From: Candidatus Zipacnadia bacterium
GTDB lineage: Bacteria > Armatimonadota > Zipacnadia > Zipacnadales > Zipacnadaceae
Direction: 5' to 3'
Assembly (NCBI GenBank): GCA_029819875.1
Contig: JALGVG010000001.1
Span: forward strand, 1-34,936
Length of the DNA: 34,936 bases
Part shown: piece by piece, positions 1-9,270 of the stretch
Numbering within the stretch: the stretch's first letter is position 1
How the letters are laid out: each line of letters begins with the position of its first letter
Program-made: the position numbers and the translations under genes
The notes under the pieces: generated by a model
Told to the model about the DNA's origin: nothing
Databases searched by the model: none
Seen by the model: the letters and a program-made list of their open reading frames with translations, nothing else

Positions 1-1
1 A

Positions 2-2218
2 TCAGGTCATCGGCCGCATTCCGAAATCGCGCCATCCGCTGTCCAGCCGGATCCTGGGCATCTCGAACTCGAAGTACCAGCGGATGCTTATCGGCTCATG
101 TTCCGGCTCCACGTAGGCATAAAACAGCGCCGCCCGGCCCGCCACCTCGTCCACGATTTTCACCGGCGTGATCTGCGAGAAGCGGGCGGGGTCCTCCTCG
201 ACCTGCAGGTAGCGCAGCAGATCCGCCTCGTAGGCTTCAGCCTCGTTGGGGCGCAAGGCTGACAAATCCACCGGCTCGTGCTCATTCCACAGCGGCAAGG
301 AGGGGTCCGGGTGAGCGTCGCCGTCAGGGCAACTGACCCAGATAGGGGTATTCCAGGCATATTCGCCGTCCTGCTGGCGCAGGCGCACGTAGTAGGCATT
401 CTCATGCAAGGGGTGATCGTCGGTAAATTGCGCCTCGAAGTCGAGGGTGCCGGGGAACCAGGACTTCAAACAGCGGTCATTGCGGATGAGATCCACTCTT
501 TCAATGGGAGCACAGGCATGGGCCTTGACGGCGATTTCCACCGCGCCGTCGCACTGCACCCGGCTGCCGACACCCTGGCCGTCGGCGGTGACGAACAACA
601 ATATGCGGGCGCCGGTCGTGGCATAGGTGCGGCGTTGCCTGAGGGCCTGCCAGATGGCGTCGCGCTGGCAATGCTCGGCCCAAACTGCGGCCAGCGGTCC
701 GGTCCCGAAGGCGGTGTCCAGGACATTGAGGGTGGGCATCTGCCAGTGGTGATACCAGCCTGAGAAGAGGTGGGCCGAAACCGGTCCGCCGATGAGGGAG
801 AGATGGGTGTCGCCGGCACCGATTACGGCAGGGCGATAGCCGTAGGCGAGGGCGCGCTGCAGCAGCCATTCAAAGCACCCCCAGCCGCTGGCGATTTCGA
901 CGAGTGGCTCATGGGCGGGGCGCCACTGGTCCCAGCGAGGGAAGCCGCCGCCGACATGGCATTCCAGCAGCACGTCATCGCGGTCGCCGTAGGTTTCGAA
1001 CAGTTCCTCGATAGGTGACCAGGTGCCCAGGTAGCCGTCTGACCACTCGCGGAAGATGACGTTGCGGTCTCCCCCGCGGCCGGGGTGGGCTTCATAAGCC
1101 AGGAAGGGGACGTAGGTGCCCGGTTCGTCGTTATCCAGGTAGGCCTGCTGGTGGGTTTGCCAGACTTGCGGTTCGTCCGGCTGGTCGGGCGGCACCATCG
1201 GCCCGGGGGCCGCGAAATCGAGGCGTCCTATGCGGCGGGCTTGTTCGTGGCGCGCGGCGGGATGGACCTTGAAGCTCGGCTCATCCATGTAGGCAAGGTT
1301 GATGTCGCCCCAGGAATGGCAGTGCAAATCGCCCCACAGAAGCCGGAACTGCGGGGCCGTCTGGCAGAGCGTGGGGTTGCTGACAGCACGCAGGCGGCCG
1401 GTGGCGTCATGGGCGTGGACGCGGTACAGCCCCGGCTGGGTGACCTGCACGTTTTCAATTATCACAACTCCCCGGTCGTCAGGGCCGAACTGCACCGAGG
1501 AGGGAAGGTTGAGCATCCCCTCCGGCGCCTGGAGCGTGACCTCGCCGCTGTACTGCTCGCAGACATTGCGATTGAGGTCGAAGACGACCAGATGGACGGC
1601 GAACGGTTCGTAGGGGCACACGATCGAAGGCCCCAGCACCCACAGCATGTCAGCCTGAGGCTGCGAGACGATGGTAATGCGGGCCGGGCTGACGGCCAGA
1701 GACTTGTAAACGCCGCTGCCGTTGCGGTCGACGGCTGCACACAAGCGCGCCAGCGTAGTAGCGTCATAGACTTCGCTTCCTGCGCCGCCGGAGCGGCGGT
1801 CCCCTATTCGCACGGTGAACTCATCGCCCGGCTGCAGAGCGCCTTCCTCAACGAGCACCTGGGCGACGTTCGGCTTGTATTCCTGGTTGTAGGTGTTGAC
1901 GACCAGGCGCAATCGGGCGGCGGTAGCGGCTTCGAGGGTTACGTAGTCGCGGGCCGCGGGCGCGTAATCCTGCAGGTGGAAGGCTAACAGGAAGCCGCGT
2001 CGCTGGAAAAGGAAGCCGCCGCCGACCGCAACCGGCCGCGCGACCCTGACCCTCAGCTCCCAGGTGCCGACCCGGCCGGCGGTCAACTCGAATTCCGTGC
2101 CGCAGGAAATGGAGCCGTCAGCGCCTACAAAGGTGACCCAGAATTCGTCAGGTTCGGAGCCAGGTTGCGGCTCCACGGGGATAGCAACCGGCTGGCCCCG
2201 GTTCTTGGCCATGGTCAA
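2..2218 (-). CDS. DUF3604-like PHP-fold metallohydrolase with N-terminal beta-rich domains
   Basis: Motifs WGDLHCHS, AYE..GDRNVIF, IGAGDTH and RRTYATTGARI are typical of DUF3604 proteins. TTG start lies 6 nt after an AAGGAG RBS (alternative ATG at 2212); TGA stop at 2-4. Confidence 0.75.
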   Translation of the reverse strand: MTMAKNRGQPVAIPVEPQPGSEPDEFWVTFVGADGSISCGTEFELTAGRVGTWELRVRVARPVAVGGGFLFQRRGFLLAFHLQDYAPAARDYVTLEAATAARLRLVVNTYNQEYKPNVAQVLVEEGALQPGDEFTVRIGDRRSGGAGSEVYDATTLARLCAAVDRNGSGVYKSLAVSPARITIVSQPQADMLWVLGPSIVCPYEPFAVHLVVFDLNRNVCEQYSGEVTLQAPEGMLNLPSSVQFGPDDRGVVIIENVQVTQPGLYRVHAHDATGRLRAVSNPTLCQTAPQFRLLWGDLHCHSWGDINLAYMDEPSFKVHPAARHEQARRIGRLDFAAPGPMVPPDQPDEPQVWQTHQQAYLDNDEPGTYVPFLAYEAHPGRGGDRNVIFREWSDGYLGTWSPIEELFETYGDRDDVLLECHVGGGFPRWDQWRPAHEPLVEIASGWGCFEWLLQRALAYGYRPAVIGAGDTHLSLIGGPVSAHLFSGWYHHWQMPTLNVLDTAFGTGPLAAVWAEHCQRDAIWQALRQRRTYATTGARILLFVTADGQGVGSRVQCDGAVEIAVKAHACAPIERVDLIRNDRCLKSWFPGTLDFEAQFTDDHPLHENAYYVRLRQQDGEYAWNTPIWVSCPDGDAHPDPSLPLWNEHEPVDLSALRPNEAEAYEADLLRYLQVEEDPARFSQITPVKIVDEVAGRAALFYAYVEPEHEPISIRWYFEFEMPRIRLDSGWRDFGMRPMT

Positions 2219-2304
2219 CTGTCACTCCTTGGCGGACAACTAATCCGGCAGTGCAATATGGGCCACAAGGCGAACGGCAAAGCCGCCGCTCCCGTAGGTG
2301 CTCC

Positions 2305-3234
2305 TTAGGTTCCGTCCAACAGCCGCAAGACCTCGTTCATGGTTGGGATACCGGCGCGGCCGCCCAGCTTGCGGCACTTGAGTGCGGCCACCGCCGCGGC
2401 AAAGCGCAGGTTGTACGGCAGATCATACCCCAGCGCCAGGCCGTAGGCGAAGGCCCCGTGGAAGACATCACCCGCCCCGGTAGTGTCCACCAGCGGCTGC
2501 ACCGGGAAAGCCGGCTGATAGATTACCTGGTCATCAACGAACGCCGTGCAGCCCCTTTCGCCCTGGGTCACCACAAGGGCACGGGGGTGCAGGTCGAGGA
2601 AACGGCGGGCGGCAAGCCCAAGGTCGTCGCTGCCGCCGTACCGGCAGGCGAAGCGCTCGGGCACCACGGGATAGTCGGCGAGGGCAAGAAGCTCATCCAC
2701 GTGCGGGCCCGGGCGCTCAATGTCCACCACCGTGGGGATGCCGGCCTGTTGCGCCCACCTGGCCGCCTGCAGCGCGGCGCGGGGATGGTGCAGGTCCAGC
2801 AGCAGCACCTTTCCGCTTACCACGAGCCGCCGCGGGACATCGCCTGCTTCCATCAGCGGCCACGAGCCATACTTGTACATTATGGTGCGCTGGCCGCCGG
2901 TACCGTGAGCTATGCAGATCGCCACCTGGGAGGTATGACCTTCCATGACCTGCAGGCCGGCGACACTGACACCCTCGGCGACCAGCGATTGGCGGGTCTT
3001 TGCGCCCCACTCGTCATCCCCCACGCGCCCGATGAAGCAGGCCTTGCCTCCGAGGCGGGTGACTGTCACGGTGGCGGTGGCGACCAGCCCGCCGCCTTGC
3101 TGGATAAGCTCCAGCAGCGGCTGCTTGTCATCAGGACCGGGGTAGTGTTCGACGATACCCACCAGGTCCCAGCAACAGCAGCCCAACCCGACGACATCGT
3201 ATTCGGGCGACGGACGCTCAGCCATGGCGGCCAT
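2305..3234 (-). CDS. PfkB/ribokinase-family carbohydrate kinase
   Basis: GGG..ATA..RLG..IGRVGDD N-terminal signature and DTTGAGDVFHGAF C-terminal signature. Start moved to ATG 3234 (or 3225) to avoid overlap with the upstream gene. Confidence 0.9.
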   Translation of the reverse strand: MAAMAERPSPEYDVVGLGCCCWDLVGIVEHYPGPDDKQPLLELIQQGGGLVATATVTVTRLGGKACFIGRVGDDEWGAKTRQSLVAEGVSVAGLQVMEGHTSQVAICIAHGTGGQRTIMYKYGSWPLMEAGDVPRRLVVSGKVLLLDLHHPRAALQAARWAQQAGIPTVVDIERPGPHVDELLALADYPVVPERFACRYGGSDDLGLAARRFLDLHPRALVVTQGERGCTAFVDDQVIYQPAFPVQPLVDTTGAGDVFHGAFAYGLALGYDLPYNLRFAAAVAALKCRKLGGRAGIPTMNEVLRLLDGT

Positions 3235-3244
3235 GTAATGGTCG

Positions 3245-4333
3245 TCAGTGTTCGATAACGGTGCGGTCAAACTCCACTCCGTCCGGCGTGATGGCCCGAA
3301 TCACCAGGCGTTGAGGAGAAACCTCGACCAGGCAGTAGTGCAGGGTGGTCTTGGCAAATTTCTGGTAGGGATTGGTTTTGACATTGACCGGATAAAGCGG
3401 GGCACCGCCACCACCGGTGATAATATAGGTCGTGTGATCGTGATAGCTGCGCTCGTAGACGTGGTCATGACCGCCGAAGACCACGTCCACGCCTCCTTCC
3501 TCCAGCACCGCGACGAACTTCTCCACCATCGTCTCGTTAATCCCGCGCGCGCTACCGAACGGTGGGTGATGGAAGAAAGCGATCCGCCACTTGATGTTGG
3601 CGGGGACGGCGGCCAGTTGCCGGCGGGCCCACTGCACTTGCTCGTCCAGCCTGTCATTGCTGTCCAGGGCCAGGAAGAAGCAGTTGCCGTAAGTGAAGCT
3701 GTACCAGCGCTTGTTGTAGTCTCCCCCACCTCGCGGCAGCGGCCACATCTGGTAGTAGATGATGGAATTGCGCTCGTGGTTGCCGAGGACAGTGTACATC
3801 GGCACACGGGCCAGCAGGATGCCGGCTACCCCAAAAAACTTGTGCCAGTCCTGGATGTTTTTGCCGTTGCTGACGATATCGCCGGTGTGAAGGATGAATT
3901 GCCGCGGAGTGCGGAATATGGCGGAAACAACCTTGCGATGGGCGTCTACGCGGGTGCGAGTATCACCATAGACAATGAAGTTGAAATGCTCCAGGTTCAG
4001 TGGCGGAGTGGTGAAGGCGAAGGGGCCCTTGGTGGTGCTGAGGCCAGCCGCTTGGGCGCGGACCTGGTAGTGGTATGTTTGGCCGGGCTCAAGCCCCACA
4101 AGCTGGGCTTCATGGTAGATGCCCTCGGCGGTGAGGGTTTGCTCCAGTCCCTCCATCACCACCTGCCCCCGGGTCGGAACGTTGGTCCGCCAACTGATGC
4201 GTATGGAAGTGGGTGTCAGGTCGCTGAGAACGGGGCCCCAGATTATTTGCGGGCCGGCGAAGGCAAGCTGTGTCGTGGCGAGCAACAGGATGAAAACTGC
4301 GAGAGTAAAGGAGGTAAGGCGGCGTGGTTTCAT
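3245..4333 (-). CDS. Secreted purple-acid-phosphatase-like metallophosphoesterase (FN3-like + calcineurin-like domains)
   Basis: Signal peptide (MKPRRL...LAFA); motifs YGD, GDIV, GNHE, FFHHPP, GHDHVYER. ATG 4333 follows an AAAGGAG RBS. Confidence 0.88.
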   Translation of the reverse strand: MKPRRLTSFTLAVFILLLATTQLAFAGPQIIWGPVLSDLTPTSIRISWRTNVPTRGQVVMEGLEQTLTAEGIYHEAQLVGLEPGQTYHYQVRAQAAGLSTTKGPFAFTTPPLNLEHFNFIVYGDTRTRVDAHRKVVSAIFRTPRQFILHTGDIVSNGKNIQDWHKFFGVAGILLARVPMYTVLGNHERNSIIYYQMWPLPRGGGDYNKRWYSFTYGNCFFLALDSNDRLDEQVQWARRQLAAVPANIKWRIAFFHHPPFGSARGINETMVEKFVAVLEEGGVDVVFGGHDHVYERSYHDHTTYIITGGGGAPLYPVNVKTNPYQKFAKTTLHYCLVEVSPQRLVIRAITPDGVEFDRTVIEH

Positions 4334-4426
4334 GCGAGGCTCTCCTTTGCAAGTAAATTCCGGCCTAGCGGATTTGCAAGCCGGGCACACCTATGCCGCC
4401 GCAGTGCGGCTACAGGCCGATGCTAC

Positions 4427-4906
4427 CTACTTTCCCGTGTGGCCGAAGCCACCCGCGCCACGCTCCGTATCCGGCAGCCGGTCGACAGGCTGCCAGGCCG
4501 CCCTCGCCACCGGGCAGATAACCATCTGGGCGATGCGGTCACCGCGGTTGATTACGATCGGTTCCTCCCCCAGGTTGGCGACAATGACCTCAACAACGCC
4601 TCTGTAATCAGCATCAATGGTACCCGGTGAGTTGAGCAATGTCAGCCCCTGGCGCAGCGCCAGGCCGCTTCGCGGTCGAATCTGGGCTTCATACCCCGGC
4701 GGGATGGCGATACGCAGGCCCGTGCTTACCAGGGCCCGGTGGCCCGGCCGAAGCACCAGCGGCTCGCTGACAGCAGCCCGCAGGTCCATGCCGGCGGCGT
4801 GGGTAGTCTGATAAGCGGGCAACGGCAGGCCCTCGGCTTCAGGGGTGACCTGAACCTGAATTTGCACTGTAACCTGGTCGTCAGAGCCAGGAATAACCGG
4901 TAGCAT
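4427..4906 (-). CDS. dut: dUTP diphosphatase (trimeric dUTPase)
   Basis: All five motifs present: [36 protein letters not shown]. Confidence 0.96.
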   Translation of the reverse strand: MLPVIPGSDDQVTVQIQVQVTPEAEGLPLPAYQTTHAAGMDLRAAVSEPLVLRPGHRALVSTGLRIAIPPGYEAQIRPRSGLALRQGLTLLNSPGTIDADYRGVVEVIVANLGEEPIVINRGDRIAQMVICPVARAAWQPVDRLPDTERGAGGFGHTGK

Positions 4907-4915
4907 ACGGCCGCA

Positions 4916-4945
4916 ATTATATCACGCCACAAGCTGGGTGTGCAA
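4916..4945 (-). promoter_or_regulatory. Putative sigma70 promoter for dut
   Basis: Minus strand reads TTGCAC-18 nt-TATAAT with an extended -10 (TGaTATAAT), 9 nt upstream of the ATG. Confidence 0.6.
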
Positions 4946-5035
4946 CATGGCCGGCTGGCAGGTAGAAGTGCTGCTGCAGGAGAAAAGACACCAAACAGCA
5001 AGAAGCGTAGCACCGCTTCAACGGAGGCAAGAGGG

Positions 5036-5905
5036 GTGCAAGATATCACCATCGCAGCCATACAAATGAACGCCCGCCTGGGGGAGGTGGAGCGCAACCT
5101 TGACAGCATAGAGCGGTGGGCACGCCAGGCGGCGGCCGCAGGTGCCGAGCTGGTGTGTTTCCCCGAGTTGTGCATATCAGGACACTGGTGCGCCGGCGAA
5201 GTATGGAGCGTTGCCGAGCCAGTGCCGGAAGGGCCCAGTTGCCGGAGACTGGGCAAACTGGCCCGGGAGCTGGGCATCTACCTGTCCGTGGGCCTTGCCG
5301 AACTGCAGGCAGGCATCGCCTACAACACGCAGGTCATCATCGGGCCGACGGGCGTGATAGGCAAGCAGCGCAAGCTGCACATGTCGGCGGACGAGTACTT
5401 CCACTTCCGCACGGGGACGCGGATTCCGGTACTCGATATCGGCAAGTGCCGGCTGGGCATCGGCATTTGCTACGACAACATCTTCCCCGAGGTGGCGCGG
5501 ATTGCGGCTGTCAAGGGGGCGGAAGTGTACCTGATGCCGCACGCGGCGCGCATTGGGGCATGGCCCCAGACAACAGGGGAGCAGCAACAGGTGGTGGCGA
5601 CCAACAAGAAGTTGTGGGCCAAGGTGTACGCCGCCAGGGCGTATGACAACGGCATGTACGTGGTGGTCTGCAACCAGGCCGGGCCGGCCGGCGAGGAACC
5701 GCCGACCAATCACGGGGGCGGGATCATGGTCTTCGACCCGACCGGGGAGTTGATAGCCGAGTCGCGCACCCGCGTCATCGAGGAGGAAATGGTTGTCTGC
5801 CGGCTGCAAGCAGAACTGTTCGCGCAGCGGCGCAAGGCCAGTTGCTTCAACCTGCAAACGCGGCGGCCGGAGATATACGGCGAGCTGACCAAGCCCACAG
5901 ACTAG
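5036..5905 (+). CDS. Carbon-nitrogen hydrolase (nitrilase superfamily)
   Basis: E-K-C triad in FPELC, QRKLH and ICYD; C-terminal RRPEIY. GTG 5036 follows GGAGG/GAGGG. Confidence 0.9.
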   Translation: MQDITIAAIQMNARLGEVERNLDSIERWARQAAAAGAELVCFPELCISGHWCAGEVWSVAEPVPEGPSCRRLGKLARELGIYLSVGLAELQAGIAYNTQVIIGPTGVIGKQRKLHMSADEYFHFRTGTRIPVLDIGKCRLGIGICYDNIFPEVARIAAVKGAEVYLMPHAARIGAWPQTTGEQQQVVATNKKLWAKVYAARAYDNGMYVVVCNQAGPAGEEPPTNHGGGIMVFDPTGELIAESRTRVIEEEMVVCRLQAELFAQRRKASCFNLQTRRPEIYGELTKPTD

Positions 5906-5944
5906 GCATTTGGTAATCAACTTCTTGGGAAGGAACACAACACT

Positions 5945-7318
5945 GTGTCGAGTACGAAGATAGTGCTAATCGGGGCCGGAAGTGTCAAGTTCACCCAGGG
6001 CCTGCTGGCTGACATCATGCTTTCGGACTTTTGTGACGAATGGACTGTAGCGCTGGTGGACATCAATCCCGAGGCGCTGGAGGTCGCGCACGGATTGGCC
6101 AAGCGCATGCTGCAGGTGCGGCCGGCTCCGGTGCGGCTGGAGGCCAGTACCGACCGCAGGGACGTGCTGGAAGGGGCCGACGTGGTCGTCACCACCATCG
6201 GCGTCGGTGGCCGCCGCGCGTGGGAGACCGACGTGTTTGTGCCCCGCGAGCACGGCATCTACCAGCCGGTGGGCGATTCGGTGATGGCAGGGGGGCTGTC
6301 GCGCGCGCTGCGCCAGATTCCGCCGATGGTGGAGATTGCCCGCGATGTCTTGGCCCTGGCACCCGGGGCGCGGTTTTACAACTATGCCAACCCGATGACC
6401 GCCATCTGCCGCGCGGTGCAGTTAGCCACCGGCGCGGAACTGGTGGGCCTCTGCCACGGGGTCATGGGGTCGTTGCGCGACATCGCCGACCTCCTGGAGT
6501 TGAACGACGCGGACCTGGTGGGGCTGACCGTCGGCGTCAACCACCTGACATTCCTGCTGAACCTGCGCTGGCGCGGCCAGGATGCCTGGCCCCTGCTCAA
6601 GCAACTGGGCGGGGTGGAACTAACCGAGGCCGACAAGCGGCAACTGGCCGTACTTGCGCAGATGGGGGCAAGCTGCCAGGCGGTCGGCGCGATGCGCGAG
6701 CAGCACCCGTTCAGTTGGGAGCTGTTTGACCTCTACGGTGCCCTGCCGTTGGTGGGTGACTGCCATGTCTGCGAATTCTTCCCCGCTCTGTTCAGAAACG
6801 GCTCTTACTACGGCAAGACGTTAGGGGTGGACGTCCACTCGTTCGAGGCGATAATCGAGCGCGATGACCGCAACTACGAGCAGATGGTGCGGCGGGCGCG
6901 GGGCGAGGAGCCGATAGACGAAAGCCTGTTCGACCGCGCGCCGGGAGAACACGAGCAGTTGCTGGACATAATCAAGTCGGTGCTGGCCGACGAGGGTCGG
7001 ATCTTTTCAGCCAACGTTCCCAACAACGGGGCAGTGGCCAACGTGGCCGACGAGATGGTGTTGGAGGTGCCCTGCGTGTTCCAGGCGACGGGGGCCTATC
7101 CGTTGGCCATCGGCGAGGTGCCGGCGTGGCTGGCCGGCATCCTGGCCCAGCGCCACTGCGTGACGGAGCTGACGGTTCAGGCGGCCCTCAACGGCTGTGC
7201 CAAGACCTTTGCACAGGCGCTGCTGGCCGAAGGGATGGCGGACTCGATCGCGGCGGCCCAGCGGCTGGCTGATGATCTCATCAAGGCCCAGGCCGAGTAC
7301 CTTCCGCAATTTGCGTAG
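5945..7318 (+). CDS. Family 4 glycoside hydrolase (NAD+/Mn2+-dependent alpha-glycosidase)
   Basis: IGAGS Rossmann motif, YANP, GLCHGV, GVNH, NVPNNG and LEVP. Confidence 0.92.
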   Translation: MSSTKIVLIGAGSVKFTQGLLADIMLSDFCDEWTVALVDINPEALEVAHGLAKRMLQVRPAPVRLEASTDRRDVLEGADVVVTTIGVGGRRAWETDVFVPREHGIYQPVGDSVMAGGLSRALRQIPPMVEIARDVLALAPGARFYNYANPMTAICRAVQLATGAELVGLCHGVMGSLRDIADLLELNDADLVGLTVGVNHLTFLLNLRWRGQDAWPLLKQLGGVELTEADKRQLAVLAQMGASCQAVGAMREQHPFSWELFDLYGALPLVGDCHVCEFFPALFRNGSYYGKTLGVDVHSFEAIIERDDRNYEQMVRRARGEEPIDESLFDRAPGEHEQLLDIIKSVLADEGRIFSANVPNNGAVANVADEMVLEVPCVFQATGAYPLAIGEVPAWLAGILAQRHCVTELTVQAALNGCAKTFAQALLAEGMADSIAAAQRLADDLIKAQAEYLPQFA

Positions 7319-7330
7319 ATTACCGAGGCG

Positions 7331-8971
7331 ATGATCGGGATGAATCTGGACCTGTTTGATGCACATTGCTACGTGGGACGGTTCCAGCATTACGACAGCC
7401 AGTATTTCTATTCAGCGGAGGAGCTGCTGGCGGAGATGGACCACTACGGCATTGCCGAGGCGCTGGTGTGCGACACCCTGTCCCGGGAAATAGACCCGCG
7501 GGCGGGCAACCCGCGCATCGTGAAATTATGCCGCGAGCAGCCGCGCCTGTACCCTTCGTGGTCGCTGGCCCCTCCGCTGCAGTCGCTGCCATTCCCGTTG
7601 GACGAACTGCTGGACAGGATGGCCGAGGCCGGCGTGCGGGCGGTGCGCTTCTTCCCCGGTCATCTCAAGTTTCCCATTGAGGACTGGGCGCTGGGCCCTA
7701 TCCTGGAGGTGCTGGAGGAGGGGCGGGTGCCGGTTTTCTTCGACCCCACCCCGCAACTGCGTGCCACCGACCGGGACATGACGGACTGGGATGCACTGGT
7801 GCGCATCTGCAAGGCCCATCCCAAGCTGCCGGTCATCGCCACCGAGCAGCGGATGTACTGGTACGACCGCACCTGGTACCCGGCGCTGGAGGCGTGTGAC
7901 AACCTGCACATTGAATTAAGTCCGTTCTGGATGTACAAGGGCATAGAGTTCGTGTGCCGGGAGTACGGTGCCGACAGGTTGATTTTCGGCACGCGCCTGC
8001 CGGTGCGCGACGCGGGGACGACTATCGCCCAACTGCAGTATGCAGAAGTCAGCGAGCAGGAGAAGCAGGCCATTGCCGGGGGGAACCTGCGGCGGCTGCT
8101 TGCGGAGGCGCTGCCCGGCCGAGAGCCGGTGCCACAGGCCAAGAGGGAGCCGGTGAAGCTGCCACCGCCGGACCCGGCAAAGGGCAAGTGGTACCTGGCC
8201 ATGCGAGAGGCCCAGGAGCCGTTCGAGGGCGAGGTGCTGATAGACACGCACACGCACATCGGGCTGGGCGCCCCGTACTTTTTGCCGGATTCGGAGCCCG
8301 AGGAGCTGGTTCACCAGCTTGACCGTCACGGTTTTCAGAAGATGGTGACGTTTGCATTTGCCGGCCTGATGGGAGACTGGACGTGGGGGAATGATTTTGC
8401 GCACCAGGCAGCCCGCCAGTTCCCCGGGCGCATTCTGCCGCTTGCCGCCGTGAACCTGTGGAACGAGGCGGAGATGGTCAAGGAGATGACGCGCTGCTGC
8501 GATGAGCTGGGCTTTTGGGGGGTGAAGCTGCACCCGTGGTGGAACCAGTATCCCGAAGCGGGCGAGCACGTGCGGCGGTGCTGCGAATTCGTCCACGAGC
8601 GGGGACTGATCATCGTCAACCACTACTGGGGGCCGCCGCAGTTGCTGGACGAGCTGGCGAGCGAATTCCCCAATGCCTGGATGATAACCGGGCACCTGAC
8701 ACTGGACGACGGCTACTGCCGGGTGGTGAACAGGCACGAGAACGTGTACGTGGGTAGCTGCTTGCCCATCTTGCGCGGGGAAGTGGAGGCGGCGGTGTCG
8801 CGCCTGGACGTGGACAAGATATTGTTCGGCTCCGACGTCCCTGACTTGCCCATTCCCCTGGGATTCGGCTCGATACTGTATGCGCGGATAGATGACGAGG
8901 CCAAGCGCAAGATAATGGGCCTCAATGCCCAGCGGCTGCTGGAACTGGTAGCCAAGAACCGCAGTCAATAG
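7331..8971 (+). CDS. Tandem two-domain amidohydrolase (Amidohydro_2-like TIM barrels)
   Basis: N domain DAHCY...LIFGTRLP...IAGGNLRRLL; C domain DTHTH...GVKLHP...ILFGSDVP...IMGLNAQRLL; Pro-rich linker between them. Confidence 0.85.
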   Translation: MIGMNLDLFDAHCYVGRFQHYDSQYFYSAEELLAEMDHYGIAEALVCDTLSREIDPRAGNPRIVKLCREQPRLYPSWSLAPPLQSLPFPLDELLDRMAEAGVRAVRFFPGHLKFPIEDWALGPILEVLEEGRVPVFFDPTPQLRATDRDMTDWDALVRICKAHPKLPVIATEQRMYWYDRTWYPALEACDNLHIELSPFWMYKGIEFVCREYGADRLIFGTRLPVRDAGTTIAQLQYAEVSEQEKQAIAGGNLRRLLAEALPGREPVPQAKREPVKLPPPDPAKGKWYLAMREAQEPFEGEVLIDTHTHIGLGAPYFLPDSEPEELVHQLDRHGFQKMVTFAFAGLMGDWTWGNDFAHQAARQFPGRILPLAAVNLWNEAEMVKEMTRCCDELGFWGVKLHPWWNQYPEAGEHVRRCCEFVHERGLIIVNHYWGPPQLLDELASEFPNAWMITGHLTLDDGYCRVVNRHENVYVGSCLPILRGEVEAAVSRLDVDKILFGSDVPDLPIPLGFGSILYARIDDEAKRKIMGLNAQRLLELVAKNRSQ

Positions 8972-9147
8972 AGGCCGCAGGCTGTGTTGTGCGCCGAACC
9001 ATGCACCCAGTTTCCGATGGCGGCCCACAGGCCGGCGGCAGCAATCGCGACGAGGACGCCAAGCAGGGCGTACTCGAGTGCAACTGCGCCCGCGCGGTCA
9101 GTTACCAGTTCGGCAAGCAGGCAGGCAAGCCTTGATCTCAGCTTCAT
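8965..9147 (-). CDS. Flp/Fap type IVb pilin
   Basis: 60 aa with prepilin site DRAG|AVALEY (E+5, Y+6) followed by a hydrophobic helix; GGAG RBS upstream. Confidence 0.75.
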   Translation of the reverse strand: MKLRSRLACLLAELVTDRAGAVALEYALLGVLVAIAAAGLWAAIGNWVHGSAHNTACGLY

Positions 9148-9209
9148 GGGCGTGTGCTCCGTAATAGCTAATCGGCAGCCACAAGGGTCATCTTGAAGGC
9201 AGGGAGGGT

Positions 9210-9245
9210 AAAAAAACCGCCGCCCGGACGGACCGGGCGGCGGTT
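9210..9245 (-). terminator. Intrinsic terminator downstream of the PmoA-family gene
   Basis: Perfect 13-bp inverted repeat AACCGCCGCCCGG-acgga-CCGGGCGGCGGTT with a T7 tract on the minus strand. Confidence 0.88.
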
Positions 9246-9270
9246 GCGTGCCAGGCGGGGTGTGCCGGGC

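Noticed and set aside
2251-4630. Long + strand ORFs 2251-3258 and 3248-4630
   Set aside because: Antisense shadows of well-supported genes in GC-rich DNA; no recognisable motifs.
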